Sequence record: DRR723986_618
Length of the DNA: 64,000 bases
Direction: 5' to 3' (one strand)
A model generated the notes under the pieces. That model was not told where the DNA came from. It ran no database searches and worked only from the letters and a program-made list of their open reading frames with translations. Positions 40,760 to 50,656 of the stretch are shown here, piece by piece (position 1 is the stretch's first letter; each line of letters starts with the position of its first letter). Made by a program: the position numbers and the translations under genes.

Positions 40760-42649
40760 ATGTTCCAGAAAATTCCCTCGCAGCCACCGTCAACGCCCTT
40801 ACTCGATGGCATCGCCGACCCGGACGACCTGCGCGGCTTGGAAGAACAGCAACTCCGTCAGCTCGCCTACGAACTCCGCGAGTACCTGTTGTATTCGGTT
40901 GGTCAAACCGGCGGACATTTTGGCGCTGGCCTGGGCGTTGTCGAACTCACCATCGCGCTGCACTACATTTACAACACTCCTGAAGACCGCCTGGTCTGGG
41001 ATGTCGGTCACCAGTGCTATCCGCATAAAATATTAACTGGCCGGCGCGAGCGTATGAATACCATGCGCAAAGCGGGCGGTTTAGCGGGCTTCCCCAAACG
41101 CGAGGAAAGCCCCTTTGACACCTTCGGCGTTGGGCATTCCAGCACCAGTATTAGCGCCGCCCTGGGTATGGCCATTGCCGCCCGACAACAGGGCATCGAC
41201 CGGCGCACCGTTGCGGTCATTGGCGACGGCGCCATGACCGCGGGCATGGCCTTTGAGGCCATCACCCACGCCAGCCACACCGGTGCCAACATGCTGGTGG
41301 TGCTGAACGACAACCAGATGTCGATTTCGAAAAACACGGGCGGGCTGAACACGTATTTTTCTAAGATCTGGGCATCGAAAACCTACAACCAGATCCGCAG
41401 TGGTGGCAAATCCGTGTTGGAGAAATTCCCCGGCCCGGCAAAAGATATCGCTGCCCGCCTGGAAGAGTACATGAAGGGGATGGTCTCCCCTGCCACGCTA
41501 TTTGAAGAGCTGGGCTTCAACTACATTGGCCCCATCGACGGTCACGACCTGGATGTACTCGTTCCCACTTTACGCAACCTTCGCGAGCTCGACGGCCCGC
41601 AAATGCTGCATATCATGACGAAAAAGGGCAAGGGCTTTGCCCCGGCCGAGAAAGACCCGGTAGGCTTTCACGCTATTTCGAAAATTGAGGCCGACACCCC
41701 CGCCGCAAGCAAAAAACCGGCGCCCCCTGTTAGCAAACCCAAATACCAGGATATTTTTGGTCAATGGCTGTGCGACCAAGCCGAGGCCTGCGACAAACTG
41801 GTGGGCATCACGCCGGCAATGTGCGAAGGCTCTGGAATGGTTGCCTTCTCAGAGCGCTATGCAGAGCGCTTTTACGATGTTGCGATCGCTGAGCAACACG
41901 CCGTTACGCTCGCTGCCGGTATGGCCTGTGACGGCTTGAAGCCGGTTGTCGCAATTTATTCAACGTTTCTCCAGCGCGCCTACGACCAACTGATCCACGA
42001 TGTTGCCCTGCAAAACCTCGATGTGACCTTCGGCATCGACCGAGCGGGCCTGGTCGGAGAGGATGGCCCCACCCACGCAGGTGCCTTTGACCTCAGCTTC
42101 TTGCGCTGCATTCCCAACATGGTCGTAATGTCGCCCGCCGACGAAAACGAAACCCGGCAAATGCTTCATACCGCCTATCACTACCCAGGGCCAGCGGCTG
42201 TGCGCTACCCCCGCGGCACTGGCCCAGGAGTTATACCAGCCACAGAGATGGCGGCCCTGGAGATCGGTAAAGGTCGAAAAATACGCGAAGGTGGCGAGGT
42301 CGCGATTCTGAGTTTTGGCACACTTTTAACAGCTGCCCAGGAAGCGGGAGAAAAGCTCAACGCTAGCGTTGCAGATATGCGCTTCGTTAAACCACTGGAT
42401 ACCGAGCTAATTGACCAGCTCGCTGCGACGCACTCGCTGATCGTCACCGTTGAAGAGAACGTGATCGCTGGTGGCGCAGGCAGTGCGGTAACGGAATACC
42501 TGCATCAGCGCAGCGTGAACGTCGCGGTATTGCAGCTCGGCCTGCCCGATACCTTCGTCGACCACGGCAACCACCTTACTCTGCTCAGCCAGCTCGGCCT
42601 GGACGCCGAGGGCATAGCCCAAAGCATTCAACAGCAACTGCAAAGCTGA
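40760..42649 (+). CDS. dxs: 1-deoxy-D-xylulose-5-phosphate synthase
   Basis: [35 protein letters not shown]; start trimmed to ATG 40760. Confidence 0.97.
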   Translation: MFQKIPSQPPSTPLLDGIADPDDLRGLEEQQLRQLAYELREYLLYSVGQTGGHFGAGLGVVELTIALHYIYNTPEDRLVWDVGHQCYPHKILTGRRERMNTMRKAGGLAGFPKREESPFDTFGVGHSSTSISAALGMAIAARQQGIDRRTVAVIGDGAMTAGMAFEAITHASHTGANMLVVLNDNQMSISKNTGGLNTYFSKIWASKTYNQIRSGGKSVLEKFPGPAKDIAARLEEYMKGMVSPATLFEELGFNYIGPIDGHDLDVLVPTLRNLRELDGPQMLHIMTKKGKGFAPAEKDPVGFHAISKIEADTPAASKKPAPPVSKPKYQDIFGQWLCDQAEACDKLVGITPAMCEGSGMVAFSERYAERFYDVAIAEQHAVTLAAGMACDGLKPVVAIYSTFLQRAYDQLIHDVALQNLDVTFGIDRAGLVGEDGPTHAGAFDLSFLRCIPNMVVMSPADENETRQMLHTAYHYPGPAAVRYPRGTGPGVIPATEMAALEIGKGRKIREGGEVAILSFGTLLTAAQEAGEKLNASVADMRFVKPLDTELIDQLAATHSLIVTVEENVIAGGAGSAVTEYLHQRSVNVAVLQLGLPDTFVDHGNHLTLLSQLGLDAEGIAQSIQQQLQS

Positions 42650-42650
42650 A

Positions 42651-43742
42651 CTAGCGCGCGGCGACTTCCGGCATAGCCGGCCTCGCCGGTAAGGCCTCCC
42701 CTTCAACGGGCTCAGTATTCGCCAGGCGCGCCTGCAAGCGCTGGTAAAGGCTGTCGAGGTGCTGCTCATAGGAGCGCAACGGCATGAATGCGCTTGGCTG
42801 GTACGACTCAAGATCAGAGATCGCCCAGCGCTCAGCCAAGCCCTGGCTCTGCAAATACAGCAACGATCGCAAGTGGCTTCCGCGAATCACCGAATTCGCT
42901 GGGCGCAAGCCGATTACCGGTTTGTGCATTGCCACCGCCTCGCTCACCATGCTCAAGCTATCTTCCGTGCAAAAAATGCGCTCTGCTGCCCCCAAGTAGG
43001 CATCGGCATTCGGGCTACTTGCCCCCTGATACACAATGGATGACAAGCAATTCTGCTCGTTGAGGTAGCCGCCGAGGATCTCTCCCGCTTGCTGGCCGCT
43101 GCGGCGCGACGTGGTAAGCAGCCACTGAATGCCGTGGCGTGTGGCGACCGCCGCCATCGCCTTCCCCAGCTGATGCCAATCACTCTCCTGATAGCGCAGG
43201 CCGCTGCCATCGCCCCCCACCAGCATCGCCCACAGCGGACGCTCCGCTTGCTCTAACAACAGGCTACCTGCACGGCTATTTTGCTCGGCATCGGTTTTGC
43301 AAAGTGCTACTCGGCTGGAAACATTGCACTGCTGCCAGGCGCTGCTAGCTGAAGCGGTGGGAAACGCGGTGATATTTGCCGAAACGGCATTCGCAGGCAG
43401 GCTATAGCAATTTCCGATCACGACATTGCGACAGCGCCAATGCTGACTCAGCGCAACATTCAGCGCCAACACATTGCCACCGAAGGACACAACAATATCC
43501 GGTGCGATATCCGGCAATTCATCACAGCGGTATGCGATAGACACCAGCCGCTGCGCCCAGGGTTGATTCATCGCGGCCAGTAGTCGCAATAGTCGGTTTA
43601 GCAACTTAAGCTTGGGTCGCGCCCGTATGGCGCGAATCTGGGTGGCACCCCGGTGGCCCCGAGCAAGCAGCCGCGCTACGCCCTGGGCCTGCGAAAAATG
43701 TCCGGGCTTACCATCGTGAAGGACTAAAATGTGTTGCGACAT
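42651..43742 (-). CDS. ELM1/GtrOC1-like putative glycosyltransferase-fold protein
   Basis: DGKPGH..Q..G, LVGG, TTSRR, TEDS.SM.SEA motifs. Confidence 0.75.
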   Translation of the reverse strand: MSQHILVLHDGKPGHFSQAQGVARLLARGHRGATQIRAIRARPKLKLLNRLLRLLAAMNQPWAQRLVSIAYRCDELPDIAPDIVVSFGGNVLALNVALSQHWRCRNVVIGNCYSLPANAVSANITAFPTASASSAWQQCNVSSRVALCKTDAEQNSRAGSLLLEQAERPLWAMLVGGDGSGLRYQESDWHQLGKAMAAVATRHGIQWLLTTSRRSGQQAGEILGGYLNEQNCLSSIVYQGASSPNADAYLGAAERIFCTEDSLSMVSEAVAMHKPVIGLRPANSVIRGSHLRSLLYLQSQGLAERWAISDLESYQPSAFMPLRSYEQHLDSLYQRLQARLANTEPVEGEALPARPAMPEVAAR

Positions 43743-43860
43743 CCGCGCTGACCCTCTCTGTTTACGATGAGAGAGAGGCTATCGGCTGCCAATGACTGAG
43801 CGGCGACAATACACTTACGGTTTAGTGACAGCGCCGCAACTCAATGAGTGTGAACAGGGC

Positions 43861-44445
43861 CTAGAACAAGTGCCCCAGTTTGCCGGACTTGGTTGCCAGA
43901 TACTTGGCATTGTGAGGGTTTTGCCCCGTTTGCAAGGGCAGGCGTTCAACCACGTCGACGCCCTGATCCGTCAGCGCATTGACCTTGCGAGGGTTGTTGG
44001 TCATCAAGCGCACTTTGCTGATACCGAGCTCTTCGCACATGACTTTCAGCAAGCTGTAGTCACGCATGTCTGCACCAAAGCCCAGGCGTTCGTTTGCCTC
44101 CACCGTATCGGCGCCTTCATCCTGAAGTTTGTAGGCGCGGATCTTATTCATCAGGCCAATGCCGCGGCCCTCTTGCCGCAAATAAAATATGGCACCGCGA
44201 CCTTCCTCGGCAATTTTCTCCATCGCCGCCTGAAGCTGGGAGCCACAGTCACAGCGCATGCTGAACAGGGCGTCACCCGTCAGGCACTCTGAATGGATAC
44301 GGGCGAGCACAGGCTGACCGTCGCCGATATCACCGAGGCTTAATACAACGTGTTCTTTGCCGAGTTCGGCGTCCTCGAAACCATGAATATCAAACACTCC
44401 CCAAGGGGTGGGAAGCTTGGAGGACTCAATAAAGCGGACCGCCAC
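43861..44445 (-). CDS. ribA: GTP cyclohydrolase II
   Basis: [29 protein letters not shown]; start either GTG 44445 (GGAG RBS) or ATG 44451. Confidence 0.96.
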   Translation of the reverse strand: MAVRFIESSKLPTPWGVFDIHGFEDAELGKEHVVLSLGDIGDGQPVLARIHSECLTGDALFSMRCDCGSQLQAAMEKIAEEGRGAIFYLRQEGRGIGLMNKIRAYKLQDEGADTVEANERLGFGADMRDYSLLKVMCEELGISKVRLMTNNPRKVNALTDQGVDVVERLPLQTGQNPHNAKYLATKSGKLGHLF

Positions 44446-44529
44446 AGGCATCTCCAAGAAAAAATCCGGTCGCGCATTTTAGCAGCGACGCGCGCAGCAG
44501 GCGAGCCAGAATACGCAATTGGGGCAGCC

Positions 44530-44787
44530 AGGGCCTGTTAACACTAATTGAGTTACGCCTGTTGCGGCTAAAAATTCGCCAACCTAGGAATGAGAAGAGA
44601 GGTTTGCTTATTCCAAATGAACGACGAATGGTGGATTTTTAGCCACAACCCAAAGGGCTGGCGCCATTTTTGCCCCCAGCGTTGTTGTCGGTCGCTTGTT
44701 TGGGCCCACCAGACTTCGCTTCCTCCGCCTGGCTGGATGCAAAAATGACCGCCAGCAGGTGCATCTCAATTAGTGTCAACAGGCCCT
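44530..44787. mobile_element. Non-autonomous MITE-like element
   Basis: 23-bp terminal inverted repeats with 1 mismatch (44530-44552 / 44765-44787), internal hairpins, no ORF. Confidence 0.75.
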
Positions 44788-45418
44788 AGGGGGCACTTAA
44801 GGTCATAATACTGCCGCGTTCTTGAAGATCGACATGCTCTAGAAAGCTCATTCCCAGCAGTATTACATGGGGGTATTCACCATCCACCACCACAGCGGGA
44901 ATATGGTGGCGCTCTATGCCACCTACCGCCAGTTTGTCCAGTTTCACCGCAAAGCCGCGGCTGACACCAGACGCGGTGGCAATACTAACCACTGGCGCGT
45001 CGTCGTAGCGAATACCTAATTGGCGGGCATGGCGAGCGCTCATTGCTACTTTGGTGGCGCCGGTATCCACCACCGCCTCGGCGCTTCGACCATTGATCTG
45101 CAGGCGCGTTCGGTATTCACGATTGCTGTTGCGCTGCAACACCACTTCCGGGCGTTCGCTCTCGGCATACAGTGTGCCAATACGTTTATTGAGTGTGAGG
45201 CGGTGGGTTTTGCCTTGATAGCGCACCTGAGCAAATCGCGAATTCGCCGACAGCACTTTGGCCCCACCCGGGTGGCTGCTGCCGGTGCGCACTAATTGTT
45301 GCTGGCCATTGATCTCCAGCAGCACCGCGTTTTTAAATAGTCCGCGCACAATCAACTCGCTGGCGCTGGCTGTCGTAGCCGCCACCATTAAAACTGCAAT
45401 TATCGCCAGCTGCTTCAT
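44786..45418 (-). CDS. Clan AA (retropepsin-like) aspartic protease, TIGR02281-like
   Basis: Signal peptide, VDTGAT, TASG flap, LLGMSFL. Confidence 0.88.
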   Translation of the reverse strand: MKQLAIIAVLMVAATTASASELIVRGLFKNAVLLEINGQQQLVRTGSSHPGGAKVLSANSRFAQVRYQGKTHRLTLNKRIGTLYAESERPEVVLQRNSNREYRTRLQINGRSAEAVVDTGATKVAMSARHARQLGIRYDDAPVVSIATASGVSRGFAVKLDKLAVGGIERHHIPAVVVDGEYPHVILLGMSFLEHVDLQERGSIMTLSAP

Positions 45419-45515
45419 ACGCGCGATCTCAAAAATGGCTCTGTCTGATTATTGTGTTTGGCTACGCGCCATAGTAGCACCCACACAGCGCAGGTCGATA
45501 CGTTATCTCCACAGC

Positions 45516-46433
45516 TTAGCCAGCACCCGGCAATCGCTGACGCCTAAGTAACTCAATAAACCAACGGTGCCCCGCATCGCCGTTCAGGCTTAGTGGCCAC
45601 ATCAGCCAGACGGGTATCGGCGGCACCGGCAATGGAAAGGGCAGAACCTGAATATCGTAGGCCGCAGCGTATCGCCTGGCGAGTTCGCGGGGCATAGACG
45701 CCAGGGCATCGGTTTGCTCAACCACCGACGGCATGGCCGCGAAGTGCTGAACATGAAGGTCGACCCGGCGCTCAAGCTTCTGCCCGCCCAGTGCCAATTC
45801 AAGCTGGCTGCGGTAACGGCTGCGCTGGCGCAGCAAAATGTGGCCCTCTGCAAAATACTGTTGCGCAGACAGGCTGCCAGCGATACGCGGGTGGGCACCG
45901 GCGGCAATCACTACCAGCTCCTGCTCACCCAAAAGCGCCGAGCAGACTTTATCCGATTCGATCCGCACAAAGTCGATCACTGCATCGTACTCCAGGCGAG
46001 ACAGGGCTTTGGCCACATCTTGTTGATCCAGCACCTCGTTGCGCAAACGCAGACCCGCTCCTGAACCCTGCAATGCGCGCAGCAGCGGCCCCAGCGCCGC
46101 CATTTCCATGTAGCCGTCAGCCAACAGGCTGAATTCCCGCTCGGCGGTGGCAGGTGAGAACACTTGCTCCACGCTGAGCGCTTCAGAAATCAGTGCGAGG
46201 GCCTCGGCGACGGCCGCCTGAGCGGCAATCGCCCGTGGCGTTGGCCGCATCCCGCTGCGGGTGCGCACAAACAGCTCGTCTTTCATGGTCAGCCGCAAGC
46301 GCTGCAAGGCCGCACTGACAGCGGGCTGGCTCATGCCGAGTTGCTCGGCCACCCGAGACAAATTTTGTTCGCGCAGCAGGGCCTCAAACACCGTGAGCAA
46401 ATTAAGGTCGACCGAGCGTAAATTCAGCTTCAT
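45516..46433 (-). CDS. LysR family regulator (NodD/LeuO-like)
   Basis: DLNLL, SQPAVSAALQRLR, LFVR, PTPRA. Confidence 0.93.
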   Translation of the reverse strand: MKLNLRSVDLNLLTVFEALLREQNLSRVAEQLGMSQPAVSAALQRLRLTMKDELFVRTRSGMRPTPRAIAAQAAVAEALALISEALSVEQVFSPATAEREFSLLADGYMEMAALGPLLRALQGSGAGLRLRNEVLDQQDVAKALSRLEYDAVIDFVRIESDKVCSALLGEQELVVIAAGAHPRIAGSLSAQQYFAEGHILLRQRSRYRSQLELALGGQKLERRVDLHVQHFAAMPSVVEQTDALASMPRELARRYAAAYDIQVLPFPLPVPPIPVWLMWPLSLNGDAGHRWFIELLRRQRLPGAG

Positions 46434-46526
46434 AAATATTAGGTATATAAATTATCAAATTTACAAATACCTCAAATCCCGTAACCTGTCTACATCAGCC
46501 GCATATAACAGTAACAAGGAGCTGCC

Positions 46527-47387
46527 ATGACACTGCAACCTGCGCATTTCGTGACACTATTTATAATTGTTTTTGCCCTATGGGAATGGCTCAGTGGCCG
46601 CGCCCGCGCCGAGCGCAAAAGCAAGGAAGATTGGCAAATGGCGGGGCTGAGTGCCGCCGGCATGGTGCTTATCCAACGGCCAGCACTGCTGTTTGGCATC
46701 GCTTGGATCGCTGGCCTCATCATCCCTCAGTATCAGGGCGGCCTAAGCTGGTTGGTAAGTGATTACTTCTGGCTAACACTCATCGGCTACATCGCCTTAG
46801 AGGAACTGTTCCACGGCCTTGGACACTGGTTTGCCCACGCCCGCCGGCCCAAATCGCGCTGGCTACAACGCCTGCAAGGCCTCTATAAGATCGGCCATCG
46901 CCCGCACCATTTGTCGGGCGGTAACGACGGCAAGGGGCAATTAACGGTGACGCAGACCTTTGTGGAGCACTGGCTGTGGTGGTTCATCATGCCCAATTAC
47001 TGGTTCCAGTTTTTGGCTCTATACCTGGGACTCACAGAAGTGTTTATTATCGGCACGCTGTTCAAAGGCCTCTGGGCGGCTCACAACCACGTGAACTGGA
47101 ACTATGACTTGTACTTCCTCAACCACCGCTGGGCCTGGGTGAGAAATAGCATGTATGCCCTGTGCCACATTTTCACCTTTCCGACGCAGCACCACCATCA
47201 CCATGCCCGTGGCAAAAATTCAGGGAGCAACCTATGCAACCTGTTGGCGATCTACGATTGGTTGTTGTTCGGCACATTGGTGATCGAGCGCGAGAAGCCC
47301 AAGGTCTATGGCTGGCGCCAAACCCCCGAAGAGGAGCACAGCGCCTTATACCGCTACTTTTACACCGACCTTGCTAAGCTTCGCTAG
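46527..47387 (+). CDS. Sterol desaturase / fatty acid hydroxylase family membrane enzyme
   Basis: His boxes HGLGH, HRPHH, HNH, HHHHH; TM segments. Confidence 0.82.
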   Translation: MTLQPAHFVTLFIIVFALWEWLSGRARAERKSKEDWQMAGLSAAGMVLIQRPALLFGIAWIAGLIIPQYQGGLSWLVSDYFWLTLIGYIALEELFHGLGHWFAHARRPKSRWLQRLQGLYKIGHRPHHLSGGNDGKGQLTVTQTFVEHWLWWFIMPNYWFQFLALYLGLTEVFIIGTLFKGLWAAHNHVNWNYDLYFLNHRWAWVRNSMYALCHIFTFPTQHHHHHARGKNSGSNLCNLLAIYDWLLFGTLVIEREKPKVYGWRQTPEEEHSALYRYFYTDLAKLR

Positions 47388-48850
47388 TGAAGCGCCAGTA
47401 ATTCGGCGACCACCGCCTCAGGGTCATCCGCCTCGGTAATCGCGGTGATCATCGCACAGCTCCCAACGCCCGTCGCCAGCACGTCGGGGGCCCGGCGGCG
47501 GTCGATCCCACCTATCGCAGTAAGGGTATAACTCGGCGACAGGATATCGACCCAACGCTTAAGCTGAGTCAGGCCCTGAGCCCCAAAGCGCATCACCTTA
47601 CTGGTCGTCGGATAGACCGGGCCAATCGCGATATAACTGGGTGACAGCGCATGAGCACGAGCGATTTCATAGTAGCTGTGCGTGCTCACGCCCAAGCGCA
47701 AGCCAGCAGCGGCGATCGCGCCGATGTCGGCAATATCCAAGTCTTCCTGGCCCAGGTGTACGCCATAGGCCCCGGCGTCAATCGCCTGGCGCCAGTAATC
47801 ATTAATAAACACCCGCGCGCTGTATTGTTGGCCCAGTGCAACAGCGCGCCGAATTTCCTCATCGAGATTGCTCTGCTCGGGGTTTTTAATGCGCAACTGG
47901 ATCGTTTTAACACCGGCACGCAGCAAGCGCTCCAGCCACTCTGTACTGTCCACCACCGGGTACAAACCCAGTTCGCCGCCACAATCGGGAAACGCCTGAA
48001 TCGGCACGGCGGGCAACTGCCGACTCAAACGTGGAAAGTCCTCCAGCCGCTGAGGCCAGCCCAGGTGTACAACCGGGCCGGGGCCACCACCGAGCTGCAC
48101 AGCCAAACGCAGTCCCTGACTGACATAGGCCTTAGCAATGACTAAGGCATCAGCCAGTTCATAGCCACGAGCGATCAGCGCCGCTATCGCCGACGATAGC
48201 GTACAGCCAGTGCCGTGGGTATTGAGTGTGTCGATATTTTCGCCACTCAGCCAGAAGCCACTCTCGCCATCGGTCCAATAGTCGTGACGACAGCCATCAT
48301 CGGTGCTCAGGTGCCCGCCAGTTAGCAGCACCGAACGGGCGCCTAACACCACGATATCCTGGGCGGCACGCTCTACATCAGCCGGGGAGTTAATCTCACG
48401 ATTGAGCAGGGTTTCGGCTTCGCTGATATTTGGCGTCAGCAGGTCGGCGCGCGGCAAGATTTTTTCGATCAACGCTTCGCTGACACCGTCCTCCATCAGC
48501 TGACCGCCACTGGTAGACACCATAACGGGGTCGCAAACCACAAAGCCGCGATAGTCAGCCAGGTACTTTGCCACCATCTCAACAACATCTTCGCCGCCAA
48601 GCATCCCCAGCTTTATCGCCGCCGCCTGCAGGTCACTGTCGAGCGCATTAATTTGCGCAGCCAGCGCTCGACGCGGCGTAATAGCCACATGCCCAACCGT
48701 AAAACTATTTTGCGCAGTTAATGCCGTAACCACTGAACAGCCGTGCACGCCAAAATCGTGAAAGCTGGCCAAGTCCGCCTGAATACCGGCTCCGCCACCG
48801 GAATCTGAGCCGGCAATCGTCCATGCAATGGGCTTTGAATGACTCGCCAT
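47384..48850 (-). CDS. thiDE: Fused HMP/HMP-P kinase and thiamine-phosphate synthase
   Basis: N-terminal IAGSDSGGGAGIQAD and HGTGC; C-terminal QLRIK, IND, HLGQED, STH, AIGG. Confidence 0.9.
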   Translation of the reverse strand: MASHSKPIAWTIAGSDSGGGAGIQADLASFHDFGVHGCSVVTALTAQNSFTVGHVAITPRRALAAQINALDSDLQAAAIKLGMLGGEDVVEMVAKYLADYRGFVVCDPVMVSTSGGQLMEDGVSEALIEKILPRADLLTPNISEAETLLNREINSPADVERAAQDIVVLGARSVLLTGGHLSTDDGCRHDYWTDGESGFWLSGENIDTLNTHGTGCTLSSAIAALIARGYELADALVIAKAYVSQGLRLAVQLGGGPGPVVHLGWPQRLEDFPRLSRQLPAVPIQAFPDCGGELGLYPVVDSTEWLERLLRAGVKTIQLRIKNPEQSNLDEEIRRAVALGQQYSARVFINDYWRQAIDAGAYGVHLGQEDLDIADIGAIAAAGLRLGVSTHSYYEIARAHALSPSYIAIGPVYPTTSKVMRFGAQGLTQLKRWVDILSPSYTLTAIGGIDRRRAPDVLATGVGSCAMITAITEADDPEAVVAELLALH

Positions 48851-48886
48851 AAGGCCTTTTTACCTCTGATTAACCGTGGGGTTTCC

Positions 48887-49522
48887 CTACTCTGGACGAA
48901 ATATGGCTTCGGCCTTGAGCCACATTGGTCGGTCGCGCAGGCGCAATAGATACGCCTGAATATTGGCGTAGGAGCCAAGCACATCGCCGCCCGCCGGCCC
49001 TGGAATCAACGGCGAATCGAGCATCATCAACGGAAAGGCGACCATAATATCGGCAGCGCTAAATTCACCGGCAATGTACTCCCTGTTCGCCAGCACCCCC
49101 TCCATATACCCGAGTACCGTCTCAAATTCGCCGTGCACAAAGCTATTGTAGGCGGGGTTATCCACGCCACTCATGCCGGCGATCATATTCATCAGCACCG
49201 GCGTCATCAGCGTTGACTCGGCCGCATGAAGCCAGTGCAGATACTCAATATATTCCGGTGTCCCGGCGGCCGGCCGCAGGCGACCCTCGCCATACTTGTC
49301 GAGCAAATATTCCACAATGGCGCCGGATTCCGGGATCACCAAGCCATCATCTTCAATGACCGGCGCTTTCCCCATCGGGCTGACCTCCCAAAGCGAGGGT
49401 GGCGAGCGGAATGTCTCTGGGTCGCGATCGTGCTTAACCAAGCGGTATTCAAGACCGAGCTCCTCCGCCAACCAGATAATCCGGTCGGAGCGAGAGAGAC
49501 CAAGATGATGGATCGTTAACAT
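48887..49522 (-). CDS. Glutathione S-transferase family protein
   Basis: SRS..W..EELG, PMGKAP, ESGAIVEYL, FSAADI. Confidence 0.92.
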   Translation of the reverse strand: MLTIHHLGLSRSDRIIWLAEELGLEYRLVKHDRDPETFRSPPSLWEVSPMGKAPVIEDDGLVIPESGAIVEYLLDKYGEGRLRPAAGTPEYIEYLHWLHAAESTLMTPVLMNMIAGMSGVDNPAYNSFVHGEFETVLGYMEGVLANREYIAGEFSAADIMVAFPLMMLDSPLIPGPAGGDVLGSYANIQAYLLRLRDRPMWLKAEAIFRPE

Positions 49523-49622
49523 GAAGCCTTCCTGTGCTGAAATGGGTTGGGGCGCGACACCCGCCTACCACTGATAATAGCAGTGCTTTGCTATCGGTAC
49601 CGGCCTCGCGCCACGGCGATGA

Positions 49623-50420
49623 TTATTGGTGCCAAAACGGCATACCGAGCGTCGGTGTCGACGGTGAGGCGGTTTGCCGAGCTGGCATCGCACCCGCGCG
49701 ATACGCTTTGCGGCCCGCAGAGAGTGCATCGCGAAACGCCTCGGCCATGGTGACGGGCTGACTGGCCTGGGCAACCGCGGTATTAAGCAGTATGCCGTCG
49801 TATCCGAGCTCCATTGCCTGTACGGCATGAGACGGTTTACCGATGCCTGCATCCACGATCAACGGCAGCGACGGCAAGCGCTCACGAATGGTTTGTAAGT
49901 TGTAGGGGTTCATTAGCCCCCTACCCGTACCAATTGGAGAGCCCCAGGGCATCAGCACCTCACAGCCGGCATCGCGCAGACGCTGACAAACAACCAGGTC
50001 GTCAGTGCAATACGGGAAGACCTTAAAGCCCATCTTACTCAACTGCTGGGCCGCCTCGATGGTGGCGATTGGATCCGGCTGCAAATTGTAGTCGTCACCA
50101 ACAACTTCCAACTTCAACCAGTCCGTCTCAAAAAGCTCGCGGCTCATTTGCGCGAGCGTCACCGCCTCTTTCACGGTGTGACAGCCGGCGGTGTTCGGCA
50201 ACAGGGTTTTCCCAAGGCTTTTAATTTGCTGCCAAAATGCCTCGCCACCGCCTTGTTCAGGCGACTGGCGGCGCAGACCGACGGTAATAATTTCAGCGCC
50301 CGAGGCCAAAATAGCCTCGCACATCACCTGCGGTGACGGGTACAGCGCACTCCCTATCAACAGGCGACTGGTAAACGACTTACCGTAGAGGCTCCACGAG
50401 TCCTGCCGATCTACAGACAT
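49623..50420 (-). CDS. thiG: Thiazole synthase
   Basis: [33 protein letters not shown]. Confidence 0.97.
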   Translation of the reverse strand: MSVDRQDSWSLYGKSFTSRLLIGSALYPSPQVMCEAILASGAEIITVGLRRQSPEQGGGEAFWQQIKSLGKTLLPNTAGCHTVKEAVTLAQMSRELFETDWLKLEVVGDDYNLQPDPIATIEAAQQLSKMGFKVFPYCTDDLVVCQRLRDAGCEVLMPWGSPIGTGRGLMNPYNLQTIRERLPSLPLIVDAGIGKPSHAVQAMELGYDGILLNTAVAQASQPVTMAEAFRDALSAGRKAYRAGAMPARQTASPSTPTLGMPFWHQ

Positions 50421-50452
50421 GCTTTAATCCTCAATTTTCGAGCAAACGAGCG

Positions 50453-50656
50453 CTAGCCACCTTGCACGGGGGCCAGCACGTCTAGCTGATCGCCATCGCG
50501 CAAGCGGTGCTCGCCATAGCGTGAACGCGGCACAAAATCACCGTTTACGGCAACCGCAACCTTGCCACTTTCAAAGCCCCATTCTTGAAGCAGCGCCGCC
50601 AGGGACTTCTGCTTGTCGCACTGCTTCTGCTGATTGTTCACACTGACGGCAATCAT
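50453..50656 (-). CDS. thiS: Sulfur carrier protein ThiS
   Basis: VAVAVNG; C-terminal GG. Confidence 0.93.
   Translation of the reverse strand: MIAVSVNNQQKQCDKQKSLAALLQEWGFESGKVAVAVNGDFVPRSRYGEHRLRDGDQLDVLAPVQGG

Noticed and set aside
44786..45418. Retropepsin-like protease beside the MITE as a retroelement remnant
   Set aside because: It belongs to a common chromosomal bacterial family with a signal peptide, and no RT or integrase is nearby
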